Positions 55,286-64,000 of a stretch of DNA of 64,000 bases are shown piece after piece. How positions within the stretch are numbered: position 1 is the first letter of the stretch; every line of letters starts with the position of its first letter. Below the pieces are notes generated by a model. It saw only the letters and a program-made list of their open reading frames with translations. It had not been told where the DNA came from and did no database searches. The DNA lies in the NCBI GenBank assembly GCA_031416315.1, contig JANOTL010000132.1:1-64000 (forward strand), given 5' to 3'. The stretch is from Pseudomonadota bacterium (GTDB lineage Bacteria; Bdellovibrionota_B; Oligoflexia; Oligoflexales; CAIYRB01). Position numbers and translations under genes: made by a program.

Positions 55286-55937
55286 GAGGCTCTCGCTCAA
55301 GAAAAGGCTCTCCCTCGCGCTCGCAAGCTTTGCCGCAGCCTCGATTCTATGCGCAGAGGTGGGGCGGGGCGAGGGCGATTCCGTGACGGTTCCGTGGCGG
55401 GGCGAAGAGAACCCGTACCGCAAGACCTACGTGACGCTCGGCCTGGCGCGCAACTTTCCCATCTCCTTCTCCGAGGACCCGCTCGACCCCGGGCATTTCG
55501 GACCCATCGTCGGCTACCTCTACGATCTCGACGGCGACTGGATCATGGGCGTCTCGGGTCAATTTAAGGTCCTACGCCGCGAAGCTCGCGGCAAGGACGG
55601 CTCCGACACGCTCGCGATCTGGACCGTGACGCATTCGACCTTTTATTCCGTGCGCCTCGATCATCCGCTCTATTTCCTGGGCGGCCTCAAAATTCAGTAC
55701 CTCCTGCCCGCCACGCGCGCGGGAGCGCCGGTGCGCCGTTCCGAGGACTACCGCTCCGAGATCGGCGTCGCCGCCTCGGCTTCCCTCGTCCGGATCGTCG
55801 ACAAGCGCTTCATCGGCTTCGCCTGGATCGACCGCTGGCGCGGCACGGGCTCCATGCGTCTGCACGGGATCGAGGCGGGCTTCGGCTTAGGCGTCTCACT
55901 AGGTCCCGGCGCGGATGAAGGTGAGGCGTCGCGCTAG
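55284..55937 (+). CDS. putative outer-membrane beta-barrel protein
   Basis: Signal peptide, alternating beta-strands ending GFGLGVSL. Confidence 0.6.
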   Translation: MRLSLKKRLSLALASFAAASILCAEVGRGEGDSVTVPWRGEENPYRKTYVTLGLARNFPISFSEDPLDPGHFGPIVGYLYDLDGDWIMGVSGQFKVLRREARGKDGSDTLAIWTVTHSTFYSVRLDHPLYFLGGLKIQYLLPATRAGAPVRRSEDYRSEIGVAASASLVRIVDKRFIGFAWIDRWRGTGSMRLHGIEAGFGLGVSLGPGADEGEASR

Positions 55938-56047
55938 GGGACCGGTAGACCGGGGTCAGGTTTCCGGGACCGGTAAGGCAGGACCGGTTCCGGCGGGCCG
56001 GGCTCCGGTCTCCTCGCGCGATGCCTCGCCTTTAGCGATGCGGGAAC

Positions 56048-57049
56048 CTAGGGGACGACTGAAGTCTCGAGCCCTTCGGCGAGGTCGTCCTTGGAGCACC
56101 GGGCCAAGCGGAAGTTCGCGACCCAACCAAACCGCTGCGTCGGCCAGAGGCGCGGCAGCCCGAACTCGCGCACGTAGCGGTTGTTCGGGTCGGATTCCTC
56201 GAAGTCGCGGACGCTGGAGTAAACCAAGGCCGTCGAATGCACGAAGATCTTGTCGGTGCGCGTCGGGCTCTCGTCGCCGACGGTGGCGCCGAAAAGATCG
56301 TTGGCCGGGGTCGACGTGTAGCAGCGCGCCGCGATCTGGCAGAAACCTTGCGCCGAGTCGCGCACCTGCATCGTGCGGACGAAATCGGCGTAACGCCGCG
56401 CACCCTCGTCGCCGGGGAGGTAGCCCGCGACGACCACGCGCTTCATGCAGACCTTTGCCCGGGTGACGCGCTCGCGGATGCGCTCCTGCACGAACGTGTA
56501 CCAAAGCTGGTCGTTGTCGTGGTGCGGCGGCATTTGCACGTTGAAGACGAGGATGGGCTGCTCCTCGTAATCCACCGTCATCGCCATCAGATAGCCGCCG
56601 CTACCCATGACCCAGGATTCGCGCTCGCCCTCGTTGGGCGGGACGTAGCGCATGCCGACGCCGAGGGCCGCCGCCATGTACTGCGATTCCTGGGTGTCCT
56701 CGAAGTCCTCGACCTTGACGAGCCGCCAGTCGTAGTCGTTGAGCGAGCCCGCCTTCAGAATCTTGTAGTCCGATTCGGAGCCCGAGCCCTCGCGGGCCAG
56801 CGCCTCCTGCATCAGGACCACGTCAGGCTTGGTGTTCTTGAGCTCCTGATCGATGAGCTCCAGCCGGTCGCGCCGGAAGATCCAGTCGCCTTTCCAGCTC
56901 TTCTTCGACAATCGCGAGGGGCTGCGTTGCGCGAAAAGGCTCACCGTCTGCAGGGTCACGGGCCTTTGGTCGTAGCCGCCGGAGCGGTCGAAAAGCTCCG
57001 TGATGCAACCGGTGAGCAGGAGAAAGGCGAGCGGAAGGAGTCTCAGCAT
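56048..57049 (-). CDS. EEP (endo/exonuclease/phosphatase)-fold lipoprotein with degenerate active site
   Basis: Lipobox LTG-C, PDVVLMQE, VVVAG, RTDKIF. Canonical GDxN and SDH are absent. Confidence 0.7.
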   Translation of the reverse strand: MLRLLPLAFLLLTGCITELFDRSGGYDQRPVTLQTVSLFAQRSPSRLSKKSWKGDWIFRRDRLELIDQELKNTKPDVVLMQEALAREGSGSESDYKILKAGSLNDYDWRLVKVEDFEDTQESQYMAAALGVGMRYVPPNEGERESWVMGSGGYLMAMTVDYEEQPILVFNVQMPPHHDNDQLWYTFVQERIRERVTRAKVCMKRVVVAGYLPGDEGARRYADFVRTMQVRDSAQGFCQIAARCYTSTPANDLFGATVGDESPTRTDKIFVHSTALVYSSVRDFEESDPNNRYVREFGLPRLWPTQRFGWVANFRLARCSKDDLAEGLETSVVP

Positions 57050-58227
57050 CCGATGTAGCGCGAGATCACGAGGCGCTGGATCTCGCTCGTGCCCTCCCCG
57101 ATGCGCAGCAGCGCGGCGTCGCGATAGTGACGCTCGATCGGGTATTCCTTCATCAGGCCGTAACCGCCGAACGTTTGCTGGCCCTCTCGGGCGCAGTATT
57201 CGGCGACTTCCGAGCAGTAAAGTTTGGCCATCGCCGCTTCCTTTTGGAACGCGAGGCCTTCCTGCTTCAGCCAGCACGCCTTATAGAGAAGGTTGCGCGC
57301 CGCCTCGATGCGGGTCGCCATCTCGGCGAGCTTGAACGCGACGGCCTGGTGCTTGCAGATCGGCTTGCCGAAGGTCGTGCGCTCCTGCGCATATTTCAGC
57401 GTCAGCTCGAAGGCGCCCTGCGCGAGGCCCAGACCCATGGCGCCGATCGAAAGGCGGCCGTTGTCGAGCGTCTCCATCATCATCTTGAAGCCCTGGCCGC
57501 GGGAGCCGAGCATCGCCGAGGCGGGGACGCGCACGTCGTCGAAGTAGAGCTCGCCGGTGTTCGAGGCGCGCCACATCATCTTGCCGTGCATCGCTTTTTG
57601 CGTCAGGCCCTTGGTGCCGGCCGGGACGATGAAGCAGCTCAGCTCGGATTTGTCGTTCTTCTTGCCGGTCACGGCCTGGACGGTGATGCCCTTGGTGAGG
57701 GGACTGGCGCTGTTGGTGATCCAGATCTTCGAGCCGTTGATCACCCACTCGTTCTTGCGTTCGTCGAAGACGGCGTTAGTCTTGCTGGCCTGCGCGTCAC
57801 TGCCCGCCTCGGCCTCCGTCAAGCCGAAAGCCCAGAGGCCCTCGCCGGTGCAGAGATTCGGGAGGTAGGTCTTCTTCTGCGCCTCGGTGCCGTAATAATA
57901 CAGCGGCGCGGCGCCGAGGCTGTTGTGGGCGGCGATCGTCGAGGCCTGCGAGCCGTCGACGCGTGCGAGCTCCTCCACGGCGACGATGTACGACAGATAG
58001 TCCATCCCCTGGCCGCCGTACTTCGGGTCGACGATGGTGCCGAAGAGGCCGAGCTCGCCCATTTTTCGGGTGAGCTCGACGGAGAACTCCTCCTTCTCGT
58101 CCAGCGCGTGAGCGCGCGGCGCGATCTCCGCCTCGGCGAATTTCCGCACGGTGGCGCGCATCATCTTCAGCTCTTCGGACTCGCCGAATGCGTAGATGTG
58201 CGGCGAGGATTGCTTTTCGTCGGCCAT
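57043..58227 (-). CDS. acyl-CoA dehydrogenase
   Basis: FGLTE.EAGSDA, NGSKIWITN and IGEGTSEIQR motifs. Confidence 0.93.
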   Translation of the reverse strand: MADEKQSSPHIYAFGESEELKMMRATVRKFAEAEIAPRAHALDEKEEFSVELTRKMGELGLFGTIVDPKYGGQGMDYLSYIVAVEELARVDGSQASTIAAHNSLGAAPLYYYGTEAQKKTYLPNLCTGEGLWAFGLTEAEAGSDAQASKTNAVFDERKNEWVINGSKIWITNSASPLTKGITVQAVTGKKNDKSELSCFIVPAGTKGLTQKAMHGKMMWRASNTGELYFDDVRVPASAMLGSRGQGFKMMMETLDNGRLSIGAMGLGLAQGAFELTLKYAQERTTFGKPICKHQAVAFKLAEMATRIEAARNLLYKACWLKQEGLAFQKEAAMAKLYCSEVAEYCAREGQQTFGGYGLMKEYPIERHYRDAALLRIGEGTSEIQRLVISRYIGC

Positions 58228-58237
58228 GAGAAATCTC

Positions 58238-59416
58238 CTATTCCGTGAGCGGCAAATCGCGGATCCGGCCTTCGCGGCCCGTGGCTCCGAGGAGGATGCC
58301 GAGGTAGCTCTTGTAGCGCCAACGCGAGATGGTGCCGGCTTCGACTTGGTCTCTGATCACGCAGCTCGGCTCGTCCATGTGACGGCACTCGCGGAACTGG
58401 CATTTGCCGAGGAAAGGGCGCATCTCGACGAAGCAGTGGGAGAGCTCGATCGAGCTCTTCTCGTCGAAGGTGAAGCTCCGGATGCCCGGCGTGTCGATGG
58501 CGAAGCCGCCGGTGCCGAGCTTGATGAAGCTGGCGAAGCTCGTGGTGTGGCGGCCCTTGTAGTTGATGTCGGAGTTCGGCTCGACGGTCTGCACCAGCTC
58601 GGGCTTGAACAGGTTGATGACCGAGGACTTGCCGACGCCGGAGTGGCCGGAGAGCAGCGTCACCTTGCCCTCGAGCAAGCCGCGCAGCTCGACGAAGGCG
58701 GGGTCCGTCTTGGCGTCCGGGGCGTTCGCTTGCACGTCGAGAACCACGTAGCCGAGACCACGGTAGATGGCGCGCATCTCTTCGGCCTCGGCCGCGAGCT
58801 TCGGGTCGGTGGCGAGGAGGTCTCGCTTGTTGAGCACGATGATCGAGTTGATGCCCTCGGACTCAGCGAGCACGAGGTAGCGGTCAATCAAGCCCCATTT
58901 CACCGTCGGCGACAGGTAGCTCGCGACGATCATGAGTTGATCCATGTTCGCGGCGAGCACGTGCAGGAGGTCGGCCTTGTGCGGATCGAGGCGCGCGAGC
59001 CGCGTTTGGCGCGGTGAAATGTGCTGCATCACGCATTGCGGCAAGTCGACCGAGGCGTCGGCGACCTTGCCTTTTCCCGGCACGCAGAGGACGCGGTCGC
59101 CGACGGCGACGAAGTTGCGCTCGGCGCGCTTGTCCATCAGGAGGCGACGCGCGATGGTTGCGAGCCAGACGTCGCGCGTGTCGACGGTGCCGACGACCTT
59201 CTCCGGCGAGACGAAGGCGTAGCGTTTGTGCACCTCGACGACGCGCGCGGCGAAGGCTTCCGACTCGCCGCCGACGACCCAGCCGGCTTCGGCTTGCTCG
59301 AAGTCGTCCTGGGCGTCCTTCACGCGCGTGGGGCCGCCGCGCTTGCCGCGACGCTTCATCTTCACGTACTTGGCGCCGTCTTCGTCTTTGCCATACTTGT
59401 GGTCGTCGCGGGCCAT
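58238..59416 (-). CDS. rsgA: ribosome small-subunit-dependent GTPase A
   Basis: Permuted NKRD, GHSGVGKS, GRHTT and DTPG, then CQFRECRH..EP.C. Confidence 0.94.
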   Translation of the reverse strand: MARDDHKYGKDEDGAKYVKMKRRGKRGGPTRVKDAQDDFEQAEAGWVVGGESEAFAARVVEVHKRYAFVSPEKVVGTVDTRDVWLATIARRLLMDKRAERNFVAVGDRVLCVPGKGKVADASVDLPQCVMQHISPRQTRLARLDPHKADLLHVLAANMDQLMIVASYLSPTVKWGLIDRYLVLAESEGINSIIVLNKRDLLATDPKLAAEAEEMRAIYRGLGYVVLDVQANAPDAKTDPAFVELRGLLEGKVTLLSGHSGVGKSSVINLFKPELVQTVEPNSDINYKGRHTTSFASFIKLGTGGFAIDTPGIRSFTFDEKSSIELSHCFVEMRPFLGKCQFRECRHMDEPSCVIRDQVEAGTISRWRYKSYLGILLGATGREGRIRDLPLTE

Positions 59417-61915
59417 TTACACTGGACCCCCGGGAGCTTCCGTGGAGGTCATGCGCAGGATGCTCTGGCGGATGTCGGTGCTGAGGAGCCCAAGCGACTG
59501 CGCCGAGGTCGAGGCGATGCGCGGGTCCACGGTCATGCGGCCTTCATCGAGCTCATGCGCAAGGCCCAGGTCCTTTAGGCGGTCGACGAATGTCTTGAAC
59601 AGGTTCTTGTCGAAGAACTCGGGCTCGCTGCGGCCGTTGAGGATGGAGATTCGTTGCGCCATGAGCTGGCAACGCGTCTCGAAATCTTTACGAAGGAAGG
59701 GGTTGCCGTCCGCATGTTGGGCGAGGAGGGCGGCGGAGACGGCGTAGCGCTCGAGCGTCTGGCCGAGAGCGCGGCCCAAGATCTTGAGGGAGGCGAAATC
59801 CTGCGAGGTGAAATCCGGGCGCCGGAGCTCCGGCCCGTGGCGGAACAGAAGCTTCTCCGAGACCAGGGCTTCGATGACGCCGCGCGCGACTTTCTCCGCG
59901 TCGCCGGGCGGCCAGCGCAGGAAGAATTCGGCTTGAAGGAAGGGATAGAGACGAGCGCAGGCGGAGACCAAGGTGTCCTCGGTCATCGTCTCGTTGTGCT
60001 GGAAAAAGCTGGCGACGAGTGACGGCATGGCGACGAGATGCAGGACGTTGTTGCGGTAGTAGGTCAGCAGCACGCTCTCTCGTTCGTCGAGATGAATGAC
60101 GTCGCCGATCGGATGGTGGAAGCGCTCGGCCTTGCAGACCGACATCGCGTGCTTGAGCCAGTCTTTGGTCGTGCCGTCGGGTAGCGAGACGTCGCGGCTG
60201 TAAGGCGCGGCGCGCATGGAGGAGACGAGCTTTTCCATCATGTAGAGGAGCTCCTCCTCCGCCATCGCCTTTTGCTGCGAGGACAAAAGCACGAGCGCGA
60301 AGATCGCGAGCGGACTGACCACCGCCGTGCTGTTGACGCGCGTCATCACCTGATCGGCGAGGTCTAAAACGAAGGGGTGGAGCCACTTCGGCTTCTCGTC
60401 GGGGTTCTTGGTCTCCTCGCGCCAGGCGGGATGGCGCTCGTCCAAATGCTTCGCGAGGTGCAAGGGCTCGCCGAAGCCGATGTAGGCCTTGCCGAAATAG
60501 TTCTTCAGCACGCGGCGCGCCTTCATCAGGCCGGAGACGGATTCCTTGCTCTTCTTCGCGCCGCGCAGCTCGGATTGGTACGTTCGGACTTCCATGACCT
60601 TGTCGTAGCCGATGTAAACCGGGATCAAGACGATTGGCTTGGTGGAGTCGCGAAAGAAGCTCTGCACCACCATCGCGAGCATGCCGGTCTTCGGCGCGAG
60701 CAGGCGACCGGTGCGGCTGCGGCCGCCTTCCAGATAGAATTTGACCGGGTGGCCCTTGGTCAGCAGGTAATGCATGTACTCGTTGAACACCGCCGTGTAG
60801 AGGCGGTTGCCGCCGAACGTCCGGCGCAGGAAGAAGGCGCCGCCGCGGCGCAGGAGCGGCCCCAGAGGCCAGAAATCCAGGTTAATGCCGGCCGCGATGT
60901 GCGGCGGCACGAAGCCCTCGTAGTAGATCGAGTAGGAGAAGAGCAGATAGTCGAGGTGGCTGCGATGGCTCGGCAAATAGACGAACTCGTGCGTCTGGTC
61001 GAGCTCGCGCAAGCGCGCGCCGTGGCGGACGACGATGCCGTCGAAGATCTTGCGCCAGACGTACGAGAGGAAGAGGTCAAAGAGGCGCACCATCGAGTAC
61101 TGCTGCTCGGAGGCGATCTCCTGCACGTACTTGCGGGCGAGGACCTCGGCCTTGTTCAGCGTGATCTTCTTTTTGCGGGCTTCTTCGGCGATCGCCTCAC
61201 GGACTGTACGCGTCTTCAAAAGGTGCGCGGCGACGAGGCTGCGAGTCGGCAGGCTCGGGCCCAAGGCGCCGGTCCTTTGGCGGCGGAAGTGGACGCGGAC
61301 GACGCGCCTGAGCTTCTTCGTCGTGTCGGGCGCCGAGGCGCCCTCGTCGACCAGGTTACGCAGGGAGATCGGCTTGCCGAACTGGATGAAGTTGGAGCGG
61401 CCCTGCGCGATGACGATGAACATCTTCTGCAGCATGCCGGCGTGCTCGTCGTCGAAGAAGGCGAGCTTGAGCACCGACTTTTCGTCTTTGCCCGGGTTTC
61501 GGCCCCAGAAGACGCTGGTCGGGACCAGCTGGACCTCCATCGATGGGTCGGCCTTTGCCTGCTCGATCAGGCTGAGCAGTTGGCCGTGGACGTCTTTCGG
61601 CGTGCCGCGCTCCATCTGCAAGAGGCCCGTGCGCTGCAACGAAATGAAGGCGACGGCGCCGGGTGACCGCAGCGAGGTGGCGCGATGGCGCGGGATCGGC
61701 AAGCCGAGGCGGCGCGTCTGCTCGTCGAGCACCATGAGATCGGAGAGCGAGTTGTTGCTCAGGATGTAGCAGACGGGTTTCGTCGGATCGATGCCGAGCT
61801 CGTCGAGCGGATTCTGGGGCACGATTTTCGTACGCACCCACAGATAGATCAGCTTGCGCAGCCAAAAAAAGAAACCGAGCTTGTTACGCTGGAGTGCGGA
61901 CAATTGGGGGCTCAC
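59417..61915 (-). CDS. plsB: glycerol-3-phosphate 1-O-acyltransferase
   Basis: HRSHLDY, GAFFLRR, EGGRSRTG and IPVYIGY motifs. Confidence 0.94.
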   Translation of the reverse strand: MSPQLSALQRNKLGFFFWLRKLIYLWVRTKIVPQNPLDELGIDPTKPVCYILSNNSLSDLMVLDEQTRRLGLPIPRHRATSLRSPGAVAFISLQRTGLLQMERGTPKDVHGQLLSLIEQAKADPSMEVQLVPTSVFWGRNPGKDEKSVLKLAFFDDEHAGMLQKMFIVIAQGRSNFIQFGKPISLRNLVDEGASAPDTTKKLRRVVRVHFRRQRTGALGPSLPTRSLVAAHLLKTRTVREAIAEEARKKKITLNKAEVLARKYVQEIASEQQYSMVRLFDLFLSYVWRKIFDGIVVRHGARLRELDQTHEFVYLPSHRSHLDYLLFSYSIYYEGFVPPHIAAGINLDFWPLGPLLRRGGAFFLRRTFGGNRLYTAVFNEYMHYLLTKGHPVKFYLEGGRSRTGRLLAPKTGMLAMVVQSFFRDSTKPIVLIPVYIGYDKVMEVRTYQSELRGAKKSKESVSGLMKARRVLKNYFGKAYIGFGEPLHLAKHLDERHPAWREETKNPDEKPKWLHPFVLDLADQVMTRVNSTAVVSPLAIFALVLLSSQQKAMAEEELLYMMEKLVSSMRAAPYSRDVSLPDGTTKDWLKHAMSVCKAERFHHPIGDVIHLDERESVLLTYYRNNVLHLVAMPSLVASFFQHNETMTEDTLVSACARLYPFLQAEFFLRWPPGDAEKVARGVIEALVSEKLLFRHGPELRRPDFTSQDFASLKILGRALGQTLERYAVSAALLAQHADGNPFLRKDFETRCQLMAQRISILNGRSEPEFFDKNLFKTFVDRLKDLGLAHELDEGRMTVDPRIASTSAQSLGLLSTDIRQSILRMTSTEAPGGPV

Positions 61916-62769
61916 TCGAATTCGAGGTTGTCTATGAGGCGCGTCGCCCCCACGCGGCCCGCGACGAGCATCACGGCCGGCGCGTCGTTCGTCGCCGCGA
62001 ACGGCGTGAGATCGGCTTGGCGCCGGACTTCGACGTAGTCCATCTTCAGCTCGGCTCCGCTGCCGACCATCGTGCGGAAGGCGACCATGGCCGTTTCGAC
62101 CGTGGCCTTGTCCTTGGCGGCTTTAACGGCGCTTCTGGCTGCGAACAGGCCCTGAGAGAGGCGCAAGCCGATTTTGCGCTCGTCGGCGGAGAGGTAGCGG
62201 TTGCGGCTCGACATAGCGAGCCCGTCTTCTTCACGGATAGTGTCGTGACCCAGCACTTCGACGCGGAGGGCGAGGTCGTGGGCCATCGCCATGATGAGGC
62301 GCCACTGTTGGTAGTCTTTCTTGCCGAAGATGGCGGCATGGGGACGGACCAGGTTGAACAGTTTCAGGACCACCGTTAGCACGCCGTCGAAGTGTCCGGG
62401 CCGCGATGCACCGTCGAGGTCGTTCGCCATGCCACGGTTGGTGACGTACGTCTGAAAGCCCTTCGGGTACATCGACGTCGCGTTCGGCAGGAAGACCGCG
62501 TCGGCGCCGAGCGGCGACAGCAGCTCGAGGTCGGACTTCAGCGTGCGCGGATACTTCTCGAAGTCCTCGTTCGGCCCGAATTGAATCGGGTTGACGAAGA
62601 TCGAGACGACGACGCGGTCGGCCAATGTCTTGGCGCGCTCGACCAAGGCGAGGTGCCCTTGATGCAAGGCGCCCATCGTCGGCACGAAAGCCACACGGGC
62701 GCCGTCATGCTCCCACTCGTCGCGGAGCGCGCTCATGTCCGAAGGGGACAGAATGGTTTTCGGTTCCAT
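61912..62769 (-). CDS. panC: pantoate-beta-alanine ligase
   Basis: PTMGALHQGH, FVNP.QF, RPGHF.GV, FGKKDYQQ, MSSRN and RLIDN motifs. Confidence 0.96.
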   Translation of the reverse strand: MEPKTILSPSDMSALRDEWEHDGARVAFVPTMGALHQGHLALVERAKTLADRVVVSIFVNPIQFGPNEDFEKYPRTLKSDLELLSPLGADAVFLPNATSMYPKGFQTYVTNRGMANDLDGASRPGHFDGVLTVVLKLFNLVRPHAAIFGKKDYQQWRLIMAMAHDLALRVEVLGHDTIREEDGLAMSSRNRYLSADERKIGLRLSQGLFAARSAVKAAKDKATVETAMVAFRTMVGSGAELKMDYVEVRRQADLTPFAATNDAPAVMLVAGRVGATRLIDNLEFE

Positions 62770-62820
62770 GAGGGAAGGATGCCCCGTCTAGCGATGGAGC
62801 TTATCCATACCGAATTACCG

Positions 62821-63030
62821 CGGGGGATTCAAAACGGAAGGGAGCCTGGGGTGGGGAAGCAGAAACTTTTTTGGGGTTCGCTGGTTAGGAGATCTCGAAC
62901 CGCCCTCATGGCGATCCGGCCCGTCTAGGGCCCGCACACTTGAGATCGGCTGGGCCGACGCTCATCCATCTCCGTAGGGACTCGAATCCAAGCCCCGTCC
63001 TGCTTGCCCTGCAAGGCCTCGCGACCTTCA
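62821..63030 (-). ncRNA. candidate structured non-coding RNA or leader upstream of panC
   Basis: No credible CDS. Nested complementary segments and hairpins, a GNRA-capped hairpin, and an upstream sigma28-like promoter. Confidence 0.35.
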
Positions 63031-63036
63031 TGGCTA

Positions 63037-63063
63037 GAATCGGAGCCGCGCGAGGAATCTTTA
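63037..63063 (-). promoter_or_regulatory. sigma28 (FliA)-like promoter
   Basis: TAAA-N15-TCCGATTC. Confidence 0.55.
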
Positions 63064-63136
63064 GAGCCGAGGGCTCGACGAAGGGAAAGCGGCGAGAACC
63101 GGACCCGGGCAAGCGCCCGTCGAGCCGACCTTTCGC

Positions 63137-64000
63137 TCACATCTTTTGATCTTTGGCCTGGGCAGGGTCCCGGGCGCTCAAGCTTGACTTTCCGGGGGAC
63201 CCGGCCGGTAGGGGCTCGGGCGAACCAGTCCGGAATGACAAGCGACGCACGCGGCCGGCGGCGCCGAGGTCGCCGAGGGGGCGGCCGTTGAAGCTGACTT
63301 TGACGGCGCCCGCATCGAGGACGAGGAGGTCAGCCCGCTCAGTGAAGCTGAAAACGTGGGTCTCTGCGGTCAGCTCGCGCTCGGTCGCGTTGGCAGTATC
63401 GAGGGCGAGGCGAATGCGTGTGGCCTTCGTGGCGGTGATCTCGAGTTTGCCTTCGGCGGCGCCGACGGCTGGAGCTGCGGTCGCGGCAGCCTCGGGCGCT
63501 GCGGAGGACGCGACAGGGACGGGAGTCGGAATGGCGGAGGCGGCTTTCTCAGCTTCGAGCTTCGCGGCGGCGACTTTCTCGGCTTCGAGCTTCGCGGCGG
63601 TGCCTTTCTCGGCTTCGAGCTTCGCGGCGGCGACGTCCTCGGCTTCGAGCTTCGCGGCGACGTCCTCGGCTTCGAGCTTCGCGGCGGCGCCTTTCTCGGC
63701 TTCGAGCTTCGCCGCCTCGGCTGGCGCCGTCTCGTCCACGACGGGTATTTGCGTCACTTCCGTGACCTGAACCTCGGAAGGCACCGCACCTGGTGCCGCC
63801 TGCGGCACGACCGCGTGCGTCTCCGCGGGCACTCTTCCCGCGGCTTCCGCGGCCGCGATCCGCGCCGCTTCGACCGGGTCGTCCTCGACGGAGTCAGCCG
63901 GCACGATCACCGGCGACGTCGCCGGCGGCGCGATGCGCGCTGCGGGACCTGCGACCGTCGTGACGGTTCCGCGTTGCTGCTGCTTGTCCCATGCCCAGCG
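63137..64000 (-). CDS. RodZ-like (DUF4115) protein, 5' end outside the window
   Basis: Frame is open to the window edge. C-terminal DAGAV.V.FNGRP.G.LG..G.V..L.F motif. Confidence 0.75.
   Translation of the reverse strand, partial: RWAWDKQQQRGTVTTVAGPAARIAPPATSPVIVPADSVEDDPVEAARIAAAEAAGRVPAETHAVVPQAAPGAVPSEVQVTEVTQIPVVDETAPAEAAKLEAEKGAAAKLEAEDVAAKLEAEDVAAAKLEAEKGTAAKLEAEKVAAAKLEAEKAASAIPTPVPVASSAAPEAAATAAPAVGAAEGKLEITATKATRIRLALDTANATERELTAETHVFSFTERADLLVLDAGAVKVSFNGRPLGDLGAAGRVRRLSFRTGSPEPLPAGSPGKSSLSARDPAQAKDQKM
63541..63716 (-). repeat. 30/27-bp coding tandem repeat x6 (AAKLEAE[KD])
   Basis: CTCRGCTTCGAGCTTCGC core repeated six times on the + strand. Confidence 0.9.

Noticed and set aside
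62906..63149. Short ORFs in the panC upstream gap
   Set aside because: Atypical composition and no SD. A leaderless 41-aa ORF from 63031 is possible but unsupported.

Overview
A GC-rich, gene-dense bacterial chromosome segment. Gene content (many orphan lipoproteins, a vWA lipoprotein, LysM/TsaP-dprA-smg-topA, PilZ proteins, sigma54- and sigma28-like promoters) suggests an Oligoflexia/Bdellovibrionota-like deltaproteobacterium; this is inference only. Housekeeping genes: selA, ppiC, gmhB, cheV, rlmD, kynA, rsmA, tsaD, a DEAD-box helicase, topA, dprA, rsgA, plsB, panC and tRNA-Ala(GGC). Accessory blocks: a glycan-modification cluster (TylF MTase, PQQ-dehydrogenase-cytochrome c fusion, GT2, SAM MTase, HTTM pair), secreted Cys-rich and beta-propeller proteins, and a TetR-MFP-RND efflux operon. 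The best candidate for an undescribed system is that efflux operon. An AcrB-type pump is fused in frame to a TolC-like channel through an internal signal-peptide-like linker, and the adjacent adaptor is miniaturised. Other leads: a structured non-coding RNA candidate behind a sigma28-like promoter upstream of panC, a ricin-lectin gene remnant next to the tRNA, an unrecognised NlpC/P60-like secreted protein, and a DEAD helicase with an RNase E-like amphipathic tail. I saw no CRISPR array, transposase, integrase or rRNA. Start codons were re-picked by eye and no database searches were run.
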